DNA of 64,000 nucleotides from an uncultured Mycoplasmatota bacterium (GTDB lineage Bacteria > Bacillota_I > Bacilli_A > RF39 > UBA660): contig URCH01000005.1 of the NCBI GenBank assembly GCA_900546275.1, forward strand, positions 7,828 through 71,827. Direction: 5' to 3'. Positions 8,468-16,971 of the stretch are shown one piece after another (the first letter of the stretch is position 1; each line of letters starts with the position of its first letter). The notes below the pieces were generated by a model that was given only the letters and a program-made list of their open reading frames with translations, was not told the DNA's origin and ran no database searches. Made by a program: the position numbers and the translations under genes.

Positions 8468-8938
8468 ATGCAACAAAAATTAAAAATAAATGAATATATA
8501 TTTGAAATAAAACAGAATGATATTCGTAATGCATATTTAGAATATTCATTTGAGAAAATACAATGTAGTAATTTTAAAGATGGTAAGAAGATAAACACAA
8601 ATCTTATAGATTCAATTAATTTTCAAATAAGTGGAATAGATGAAAATAATAAGGAAGCATATTTATCCTTTTTAATAAAAACTAATTTAAAAGAATTAAA
8701 TAAATATACCAATAAACCTATTGATATTACAAATTATTTAGTAGAAGGTGAGTTAATTGTAAAAGAACCACCAGAAGATTTATTTGACTTTTTGGACTTT
8801 TATAGGTCTAAAAATACAATAGATGATATGTATAATCACATCTCTAATTTATATGTTTTTAAAATCTGTGAAAACAATTTTATATTTAAGTTATCAATTC
8901 CAAATGAAATTTTTCTTTGGTTTAAAGTTAAATTCTAA
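8468..8938 (+). CDS. Hypothetical protein, probably co-transcribed with the vWA gene
   Basis: 156-aa ORF 18 nt after the vWA stop, followed by a terminator. No family recognised. Confidence 0.55.
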   Translation: MQQKLKINEYIFEIKQNDIRNAYLEYSFEKIQCSNFKDGKKINTNLIDSINFQISGIDENNKEAYLSFLIKTNLKELNKYTNKPIDITNYLVEGELIVKEPPEDLFDFLDFYRSKNTIDDMYNHISNLYVFKICENNFIFKLSIPNEIFLWFKVKF

Positions 8939-8962
8939 ACTACTAATTGAAGTAGTTTTTTT
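8937..8962 (+). terminator. Intrinsic terminator
   Basis: AAACTACT (8937-8944) pairs with AGTAGTTT (8951-8958), followed by a T-run to 8962. Confidence 0.65.
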
Positions 8963-9037
8963 GATATATATGTTATAATTATAATGATAAAGTTATTTAA
9001 AATTTAATTATTAAATAGAAATATAGAGGAGTACAAA

Positions 9038-9925
9038 ATGATTTTAAATGTAAGTGGAAGAACAGATATAGTCGCACTTTATTCAAAGTGGTTCATGAAT
9101 AGATATAAAGAAGGATTTGTTGATGTGAGAAATCCTTTTAATGAAAAATTAGTAAGTAGAATATACTTTAAAGATGTAGATTTAATAATGTTTTGTACAA
9201 AAAATCCTATTCCCATTTTAAATGAAATAGAAAAAATAGACAAAAAAATATTGTTTCATGTAACATTAACTCCTTATAAAAATGATATAGAACCTAACAT
9301 ACTTCCAAAAGGAAAAATAATAGAAGCAATAAAAAAATTATCAAGCATAATTGGAATAGATAATTTACAAGTTAGATATGATCCAATATTTATAAGTGAA
9401 AAATATAATTTAGAATATCATATAAAGGCATTTGATAATCTTTGTACATTATTAAAAGGATATGTAAATAAAATAATAGTTTCTTTTTTAGATGATTATA
9501 AAAATGTAAGAAAAAATATGAAAATAATTAATTATAAACCTCTAACAGAATATGATTATGAAATGATAGGAAAAAACTTTAGTAAGAGTGCTAAAAAAAA
9601 CGGAATGATAGTACAAACATGTTTTGAAGATAGAAATTTAGTAGAATATGGATTTACTAAAGGTGAATGTATTTCACATGAACTTGCATATAAATTAACA
9701 GGAAAAACTTATAAAAATTGGACTGCTAGAAAAGAAAAAAAATGTAATTGTGTAAAAATGGTTGATATTGGTGCATATAACACCTGCAAACATTTTTGTA
9801 AATATTGTTATGCAAATTATGATGAAAATCAAGTTATAGAAAATTATAAGTTACATGATCCTAATTCATCTTTATTGGTTGGAAATTTAAAAAAAGATGA
9901 TATAATTAAAATAAGAATAGTTTGA
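9038..9925 (+). CDS. DUF1848-family protein (radical-SAM-like C-terminal Cys cluster)
   Basis: The N-terminus MILNVSGRTDIVALYSKWFMNRYKEGF is the DUF1848 signature as I remember it. The C-terminus has CNC..C..CKHFCKYC (CxxxCxxC). Confidence 0.75.
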   Translation: MILNVSGRTDIVALYSKWFMNRYKEGFVDVRNPFNEKLVSRIYFKDVDLIMFCTKNPIPILNEIEKIDKKILFHVTLTPYKNDIEPNILPKGKIIEAIKKLSSIIGIDNLQVRYDPIFISEKYNLEYHIKAFDNLCTLLKGYVNKIIVSFLDDYKNVRKNMKIINYKPLTEYDYEMIGKNFSKSAKKNGMIVQTCFEDRNLVEYGFTKGECISHELAYKLTGKTYKNWTARKEKKCNCVKMVDIGAYNTCKHFCKYCYANYDENQVIENYKLHDPNSSLLVGNLKKDDIIKIRIV

Positions 9926-9937
9926 GAGGTCGTATTT

Positions 9938-11812
9938 ATGAAAAAAATTTTATTATTAACATTATTAATGTTACCACTTCAAGTTTTTGCAAGCACAGGT
10001 TCTGTATCTGAAGCAATAATGATTCAGTTATTCACTACAATACATATGTCAATATTTGTTTTATTCCCACTTGCTAATATGCTAAGTGAAGAAGGTGAAT
10101 TAAAAAGTTTATTTATTAAATTATTTGTAACTAGAGCAGTAATATTATTAGTTTTTGATTTATTTATACCTGACGTTATGTTGTCAATTGATTTTTTTGC
10201 AATCTTTATTGGTGCATTTATCGTTGTGCCTATATGTGCAGTAATAACAAAAAAATCCCCATTTAAATTAAAAACTAAACCTGTTCAAAACTCTATTAAT
10301 GTAATTAAAAAATGTCAAAATTGTGGAGCTACATTAAATACAGATGATAAGTTTTGTGCAAGTTGTGGAACAAAAATAGAAGAAGTTTTAATTCAAAGTG
10401 TTAAAACACAATATGATAGTGTCTTTGATTTAAATGAAACTGCCATGGTAGAAGAATTTATTGATAGAGAATTAAAAAAAGCAGATATAGATAGAAATAC
10501 AAAATTAATTCCAAGAGAAGTATTAAAAAAGAAAAAAATTTTAAATGTTATATTTTCTATATTATTGTTTATTTATATTTCACTAATATTCTTTCATTTA
10601 ACAATGGCTATATATGTAATAGGGGCAATTATATTATTTATATTTTTTAAAGTTTCAAGAAAATATAATTTGATGACATATTTAAAAAAACAACTAAAAT
10701 CAAGACCTAGTGAAAAAGTATCAAATATAGTTATGAATACTAAATCTCAATTAGTAGAAAACAATACTAAATATATTACACTTTCAGTCATGTTTTTAGC
10801 TCTTATAATTCCACTTATTATTTTCATGAATCCAAGAGTATTTTATGAAAAAATTGACAATGGATATGCAGTAAGATTTTATACTTTTGGATTAACTAAT
10901 TTTAAAACCGTTACTATACCAAGTACATATAAGGGTGAAAATGTTGTAGCATTAAGAGGAAATACATTTTCAAATATGCCATTTTTAGAAGAAGTAACAC
11001 TTCCTGATACAATTACAGAAATAAGAGGTCGAGCATTCAAAAATGATAAAAAATTAACTAAAATTAATATTCCAAAAAACTTAGAATATTTAGGTGGAGG
11101 AGCATTCTATAATTGTACTTCACTAAAAACTATAGAATTACCAAACTCTTTAACATATATGGGAGGAGAAACTTTTTATAATGCAACATCATTAGAAAGC
11201 ATTAAATTATCAAATAATTTAACTGAAATAAGAGGAAACACATTTGAAGAATGTAGTTCATTAGAATCAATAACAATTCCAGATAGTGTTACTAGAATTG
11301 GTGGTCATGCATTTTATGGAAATACATCACTTAAAACTGTTACTTTAACAGAAAATAGTAAGTTAAAAGAAATAGGATCTTCTGCATTTAGAATGTGTTC
11401 AAATTTGGATGAAATAACACTTCCTAAAGAAACTTCTGTAAATAGTCGAGCATTTAAAGAAAGCCCTACTGTAGTAAGGAGGTTTGGAGAAAATACTTTA
11501 ACCAATACATCAAATAATAAATATAAATATGATACATATAGATATATAAAGTTAAATCAAGAAATTACAATAGACCCCTATCAATCAGATTCCAAATCAT
11601 CTAGTTTTAGTATAGAACTTGCTAATGTTTTAGAACAAGGAAATTCAAATTCTTTTAATTTAATATATAAAGACGCTGATGGAACTGTTAATTTTATGTT
11701 AACAAAAGATGCACCTTATCAAGAAATTAATAAAAATGTAGCCGTTGAAATACCTTCAAGTTATATTTTTAATAGAACAGATAGTGTTTCTTTAAATGTA
11801 TATTATAATTAG
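9938..11812 (+). CDS. Multi-pass membrane protein with a double zinc-ribbon and a C-terminal BspA-type leucine-rich repeat domain
   Basis: Signal/TM N-terminus, zinc ribbon CQNCGATLNTDDKFCASCGTKI, further TM helices, then about 23-aa LRRs (..LEEVTLPDTITEIRGRAFKN.., ..LKTIELPNSLTYMGGETFYN.., ..LESITIPDSVTRIGGHAFYG..). Confidence 0.7.
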   Translation: MKKILLLTLLMLPLQVFASTGSVSEAIMIQLFTTIHMSIFVLFPLANMLSEEGELKSLFIKLFVTRAVILLVFDLFIPDVMLSIDFFAIFIGAFIVVPICAVITKKSPFKLKTKPVQNSINVIKKCQNCGATLNTDDKFCASCGTKIEEVLIQSVKTQYDSVFDLNETAMVEEFIDRELKKADIDRNTKLIPREVLKKKKILNVIFSILLFIYISLIFFHLTMAIYVIGAIILFIFFKVSRKYNLMTYLKKQLKSRPSEKVSNIVMNTKSQLVENNTKYITLSVMFLALIIPLIIFMNPRVFYEKIDNGYAVRFYTFGLTNFKTVTIPSTYKGENVVALRGNTFSNMPFLEEVTLPDTITEIRGRAFKNDKKLTKINIPKNLEYLGGGAFYNCTSLKTIELPNSLTYMGGETFYNATSLESIKLSNNLTEIRGNTFEECSSLESITIPDSVTRIGGHAFYGNTSLKTVTLTENSKLKEIGSSAFRMCSNLDEITLPKETSVNSRAFKESPTVVRRFGENTLTNTSNNKYKYDTYRYIKLNQEITIDPYQSDSKSSSFSIELANVLEQGNSNSFNLIYKDADGTVNFMLTKDAPYQEINKNVAVEIPSSYIFNRTDSVSLNVYYN

Positions 11813-11821
11813 AGGTTAAAC

Positions 11822-13564
11822 ATGGAAAATAAGTATATACATTTATTATATGTTCCAACAATGGCTTGTAATATGGGGTGCAAATACTGTTATTTAGAAG
11901 AGAATACCAAAGATGAAAAAACAAAATATAAGCCACTTGAAACTTTAGAATATGCAATAGAAAAATTTAGACAAAATAATGTTATTCCTTTTAATATTTC
12001 ACTTCATGGTGGAGAAGTAACAACCCTTTCAAAAAAAGATTTTCATGATATTATAGAGTATATTAGTAATTACTATAATAAAAATAGAGAAATTATAACA
12101 AACGCAGGATTTAAAGTTGGAACACCACACATAAAAACAAATCTATATGATTTAGAAAAACATATAGACACAATAAAAGAATTTAACGTATCTATATCAG
12201 GAAGTTTAGATTTACCACTCTTTCTTCATGATAAATATAGAGTCACAAAAGGTAATAAAAAAACACTAGATAAAATATTTAAAAACATAGAACTAATGAA
12301 AAATATTCCAAATAAGAAAAAAGTTTCTTCTACTATTTTTAAGGAACATTATAATCATATTGAAGAAATAATAAAAGATATCAAATATTTAAATGAAAAT
12401 ACATGTTTAGATATGAATGATTTCAATTTTATGATAGGATTTGATTATAATTCAAATGGAATATTACATCATATAACAGAAGAAGAACAAGTTGATTTTT
12501 ATAAAAGAATGCATAAAGAATTTGATGGAACCGATTTAACAGTTGGAGTAAATGGCCCATGGTTTGATGAATTTGGGCCAGGCTACTGTACTAATTGTGA
12601 TAATTGCGGAGAAAAATTTTTCTTACTTGAAAAAAATGGGGATATATATTCATGTGTAAGAGGTCAAAAAAATAAAGATTACTATTATGGGAATATATAT
12701 GAAAATAGTGTAGAAGAAATATTAAATACTGCCCAAAAGAAAATATTTTTAAACCATAATAAAATGCCATTAGCAGAAGAATGCACAAAATGTGGATATT
12801 TGTACCTATGTAAAACTGGTTGTCCATTTGTAAAAAATACATACAATACAAATAAAAGTTATACTTGTAAATTACAACAACAATTATATAAGGATAGAAA
12901 CTATAATATAGATGAATACAATGATGAATTTGTATACCAATATTTGATTAAAATGAGAGCACAAGATAATAGTAAATATATACCTAAAAGAAATAATGAT
13001 TATAATCAATTAGAAGAAATTATTAAACAAGATAAAAAATTAAAATATATATACGATGACAATGTATTTATTTTAAAAGTAGATGATATAGAATACAAGC
13101 TATCATCACAAATAATAAAAAAAGTAAGAGACTTTATATATATAACACCAGAAAGCAAAATTAAAATATATATGAAAAAACATATGATTAATGAAGAATG
13201 TGATTATCCGGAAAATAACTCATTATATATAATGTTATTAAGTGGTGATTTAGTAACATATGGAGATGAACAAAGAACAAAACAAAGGCATGTATTTACT
13301 CATCAAGTATATAAAGGTGTTTTAGATAATACAAAAACAGATAAAGAAGATTATTATGAATATGATATAACTTCATTAATAAATGAATATAAACATTCTT
13401 TAACATTTGATATGCCTAACAACATATTTTTTACAACATCTTCATTAAGAGATTACCATTATATAAAACAAAAAAATAATGCGTATTATCACATTCAAGC
13501 AATAAATTTGCCATTCCAAAATATAGAATTTTATTATATTGATAAGGAGGAAATAAAAAAATGA
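11822..13564 (+). CDS. Radical SAM/SPASM-domain enzyme with an approximately 215-aa uncharacterised C-terminal extension
   Basis: CNMGCKYC (CxxxCxxC) at aa 16-23 and a GGEVT motif. SPASM-type auxiliary Cys cluster: CTNCDNCGEKFFLLEKNGDIYSC...CTKCGYLYLCKTGCPF. Confidence 0.8.
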   Translation: MENKYIHLLYVPTMACNMGCKYCYLEENTKDEKTKYKPLETLEYAIEKFRQNNVIPFNISLHGGEVTTLSKKDFHDIIEYISNYYNKNREIITNAGFKVGTPHIKTNLYDLEKHIDTIKEFNVSISGSLDLPLFLHDKYRVTKGNKKTLDKIFKNIELMKNIPNKKKVSSTIFKEHYNHIEEIIKDIKYLNENTCLDMNDFNFMIGFDYNSNGILHHITEEEQVDFYKRMHKEFDGTDLTVGVNGPWFDEFGPGYCTNCDNCGEKFFLLEKNGDIYSCVRGQKNKDYYYGNIYENSVEEILNTAQKKIFLNHNKMPLAEECTKCGYLYLCKTGCPFVKNTYNTNKSYTCKLQQQLYKDRNYNIDEYNDEFVYQYLIKMRAQDNSKYIPKRNNDYNQLEEIIKQDKKLKYIYDDNVFILKVDDIEYKLSSQIIKKVRDFIYITPESKIKIYMKKHMINEECDYPENNSLYIMLLSGDLVTYGDEQRTKQRHVFTHQVYKGVLDNTKTDKEDYYEYDITSLINEYKHSLTFDMPNNIFFTTSSLRDYHYIKQKNNAYYHIQAINLPFQNIEFYYIDKEEIKK

Positions 13565-13914
13565 ACAAAGAACCAGACACATATGAAGAAATAATCAGAA
13601 AAAAAAGATGCATAGATTTAGCTAAATATTATTCTTTAACTGATGATAATTTAGAGAAAGTTTATTCCTTTTTAGAACAAAATCCAAAAGGAAGAGTAAT
13701 AGGTGGAAAAAACAATATAACTTTAAAAATAGGATTAAAAGTACTAGAAGTTATTCCATCATATATTACCAATTCTGCAATAGATGGGTTAGTTATGAGC
13801 AATGATTTTTTTAGGACAATTGATCATTATGTACCATCATCTAGTTCTTATTCAAGCGGAGGATCTTCATCTAATAATAACAACAATAACAATAATAATA
13901 ACAATAATAATTAA
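13561..13914 (+). CDS. Small protein with a Ser/Gly/Asn low-complexity tail ending in 13 Asn
   Basis: The ATG overlaps the radical-SAM stop (ATGA, 13561-13564). 117 aa ending PSSSSYSSGGSSSNNNNNNNNNNNNN. Confidence 0.6.
   Translation: MNKEPDTYEEIIRKKRCIDLAKYYSLTDDNLEKVYSFLEQNPKGRVIGGKNNITLKIGLKVLEVIPSYITNSAIDGLVMSNDFFRTIDHYVPSSSSYSSGGSSSNNNNNNNNNNNNN
13873..13911 (+). repeat. In-frame (AAT/AAC)13 trinucleotide tract encoding poly-Asn
   Basis: aataataacaacaataacaataataataacaataataat read directly; codons 105-117 of the 117-aa ORF. Confidence 0.9.
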
Positions 13915-13926
13915 TAGGAGAAAAAT

Positions 13927-14940
13927 ATGTCATTGATATCTGATAACTTTCATAACAAAAAATTAAAAGATTATGGAATAAATATAAAAACAAAATACAT
14001 AGTAGGAAATAAAATATTAGAACGCAACACAGATAATTCTATAAATGATGATATTATAAATGGTATAAGATGTGAAAAACAATATTATTTAAAAAATAAA
14101 TTAATTCATAAAGAAAATCTATTTGACTCAAGAATAGAATATACATTTATTTCTAAAGAACTTGAAACTACAAATTACAAATGTAAAAACTGTGGATTTG
14201 AATCAAACATAAAAGAGTTTGAAAATGGATGTCCATATTGTAGAACTTATTATAATATTGATTATATAGATAAAGATTTAGGAAGTAAATATCATTATGA
14301 TAAAGTTTTAAGAAGCAATATTTATAGAATAGTAACTGGAATAGTTGATTTAATAATAAGTATTATTATTAGTTACATATATATAAAAACAACATCTAGA
14401 ACATTTAATAATTATGATATATCAAAAATAGTTGTATCTAGTTTAATAATCTCCTTAGTTTTATACTATCTTTTTTACATTATAGATGCATATATCATTT
14501 TAACTCCAATAAAAATATATAAAAATAAACAAAATGAAAAGCAAATTAAATTTTGGAATAAAACAAAAATAGATAAAAAGAAATTTTTTAATAACTTAAA
14601 TTATGAAGTAAGAAAGTATTATTATAGTAAAAGTAATATAATTGATTATGACATCTTAGATTATGTTAATTTTAAAGATTACATTAAAAATAATCTAAAC
14701 TATATAGAAGTATGTGCAGATGTAAGAATTATATATTTTGAAAACAATAAAATAAAATCTAAAATTGTTAAAGATAACTATATTATGAGGCATAATGAAA
14801 ATGGAGTTTTAGAATTAAATAACAAAGTTAATATGATAAAATGTCAAAACTGTGGAGCCTCTATAAATGCAATAGATAAAGTTTGTAAATATTGTCATAC
14901 AGAAATAAAATATTTACAAGAATGGATATTAGAACGTTAA
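13927..14940 (+). CDS. Membrane protein with two zinc-ribbon motifs flanking two TM helices
   Basis: CKNCGFES..CPYC and KCQNCGASINAIDKVCKYC. The second ribbon shares KCQNCGA with the LRR protein at 9938. Hydrophobic helices sit around aa 130-190. Confidence 0.6.
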   Translation: MSLISDNFHNKKLKDYGINIKTKYIVGNKILERNTDNSINDDIINGIRCEKQYYLKNKLIHKENLFDSRIEYTFISKELETTNYKCKNCGFESNIKEFENGCPYCRTYYNIDYIDKDLGSKYHYDKVLRSNIYRIVTGIVDLIISIIISYIYIKTTSRTFNNYDISKIVVSSLIISLVLYYLFYIIDAYIILTPIKIYKNKQNEKQIKFWNKTKIDKKKFFNNLNYEVRKYYYSKSNIIDYDILDYVNFKDYIKNNLNYIEVCADVRIIYFENNKIKSKIVKDNYIMRHNENGVLELNNKVNMIKCQNCGASINAIDKVCKYCHTEIKYLQEWILER

Positions 14941-15139
14941 AATAAACTTAAAAAGTTTGTTTTTTCTTTACACTTTTTTATAATTAAAATATTTATAAAA
15001 ATCAATAAAGTATTGATTTTAAAATAAAAAAGGTAATACTTTTAAAAAATAATGAATAATTTAGCATTTAAAACTTTACATTAGTCTTATTTACTAAAAT
15101 TATATATTATAAATAAAAAATATTATTAATTAAAAAGTC

Positions 15140-16355
15140 AAGTGCAACAAACGAATAATTAAATGGTATTCACAACTTCTTGTAATTTATAAATTTTATT
15201 AATAATAGATTTATCATTAAACTCTTCTAGAACAGCTTCTAGAGGAGTTTTATAATTTAAACTTTTTCTAGGATAATTATTCATCCAATTAGCGATGTTA
15301 TTTATATCTTCGCAGGAATAGTTTTCTATTAAAGTTTTTTTAGGAATAAAATATCTAATCATACTATTTTGTTTTTCGTTAGTTCCTTTTTCTCCAGAAC
15401 AATAAGGATGACAAAAATATATTTGTGTTTTTGAATCTTTTATTATTCCTAAAAAGTCAGAAAATTCTGAACCATTGTCTGTAGAAAATGATTTAAATAT
15501 TTTATTGTAATGTTTTTTCATGAATGATTTAATTTGGTTAATTTTATTAACTACATTTTCAGAAGTTTTAGAAGAAATTTTAAAAATAATTTCAAATTTT
15601 GTTTTTCTTTCTGTAATGGTTAGAAGACATTCATGCTTGCCACGGCTAGTACCAATTACAGTATCGATTTCAAAGTGACCAAAAGTGGAACGATTATTAA
15701 TTTCTTCAGGCCTATTTTCGATACTATAAGGTATTTTACTAATAGGAAGAGAATTTTTATCTTTATATTTATATTCAGGTTTATATTTCATTCTTCTTGT
15801 ATCCTCAAGTTTAACGTTTATAATACCATATCTAATAGCGTTATAAATAGTAGGAACAGTAATTTCACAGAAACCATCTTTTTTAAAATAATTATGAACT
15901 TGCATATAACCAACAATTACATCAGGAGCCCATTTATCCATTTTAATTTTATCTTCAATATATTTAGCCATTTTAGTATATTTACGTAGCTTATATTCAC
16001 CTTTAGATAAACCACGTTTAAATAAATAATTTATAAGGTTTTTCGATAGTTCTACCAGATCTAACCATAAATCGATAAGATTTTCTGTTCTTAAGTTCTC
16101 TAGAAATAGTAGAACGATGAACGCCAAGATAGTTAGCTATATAAGTATTATTAAATAAACGTTTACCATTTCCGTCCTTTTGTTCTATTAAAGCTTGAAT
16201 AGTAGCTCTATCTTTTTCTGTTAAATGATGGTATTGATTTTCTTTCTTTTTTAGTGTATTATTTGTGTCAGACATATGAATTTTCCTTTCTGTTTGTTGC
16301 GAATAGATATTATAGATTATTCATATGTCTTTTTCAATGCAACTTTGTTGCACTT
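15140..16355 (-). mobile_element. IS30-family insertion sequence (about 1.2 kb)
   Basis: Terminal inverted repeat core AAGTGCAACAAA (15140-15151) and TTTGTTGCACTT (16344-16355) brackets an IS30-type transposase reading frame. The exact ends were not resolved. Confidence 0.75.
15159..16275 (-). pseudogene. IS30-family DDE transposase split by a frameshift
   Basis: The N-terminal HTH part (16018-16275, ..YLGVHRSTISRELKNRK..) and the catalytic part (15159-~16030, ..HFEIDTVIG..STDNGSEF..) are in different frames. Removing one A from the A5 run (T5 on the + strand, 16039-16043) fuses them as ..SGRTIENLINYLFKRGLSKGEYKL.. Confidence 0.75.
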
Positions 16356-16437
16356 CAAATTTAAAATAACATTTATAAAAAATCTATCTAATAATTTTTA
16401 TTTGTGATATAATTAAATTCAAGGTAGGTAATGTTGT

Positions 16438-16884
16438 ATGAAAGAAAAAAATAATTCAAAATTAATTAAAAATTGTATAGTTTCAGGTGTAATAATAATA
16501 GTTATTGTTTTATCAATATTTTTAATATTTTCACTTAAGAAAAAAACAATAAGTAATTCAGAACAATTAACCAAATCACTTAAAGATATGGGAGTTCAAT
16601 TCTATGAGGATTTTTATTACAATCAAATAGGGAAAAACGAAACTGAGAGAAAAGCATTTTTAGAAAAATACAAAGATATTGGAATAAAAGTTAGTTTAGA
16701 TAATATACTTCGTTCTAAAAAAACAGAAACTACGGATGAAAATAACACTTTTATTAATAAAGAAACTAACGAAGAATGTAATAAAAATACTTCAATGGTA
16801 GTAATTTATCCAAAAGAACCATATGGAAAAACAGATTATAGCATTGATGCAATATTAGATTGTGGTTTTGAAAGTGAAAAATAG
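16438..16884 (+). CDS. Small membrane-anchored hypothetical protein
   Basis: 148 aa with one N-terminal TM helix (IVSGVIIIVIVLSIFLIFSL). Has its own terminator. Confidence 0.5.
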   Translation: MKEKNNSKLIKNCIVSGVIIIVIVLSIFLIFSLKKKTISNSEQLTKSLKDMGVQFYEDFYYNQIGKNETERKAFLEKYKDIGIKVSLDNILRSKKTETTDENNTFINKETNEECNKNTSMVVIYPKEPYGKTDYSIDAILDCGFESEK

Positions 16885-16909
16885 GTACTTGAAAAAGTAC
16901 TTTTTTTTT
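16885..16909 (+). terminator. Intrinsic terminator
   Basis: GTACTT (16885-16890) pairs with AAGTAC (16895-16900), GAAA loop, T9 run 16901-16909. Confidence 0.6.
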
Positions 16910-16927
16910 AAATATATCTATTGCATG

Positions 16928-16956
16928 ATGACAAAATTTAAAAAATATTATATAAT
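16928..16956 (+). promoter_or_regulatory. Sigma-A-type promoter of the giant surface-protein gene
   Basis: ATGACA (16928-16933), 17-nt spacer, TATAAT (16951-16956). The predicted start site is only about 9 nt before the first ATG. Confidence 0.5.
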
Positions 16957-16971
16957 TATTAAGATAGTAAG

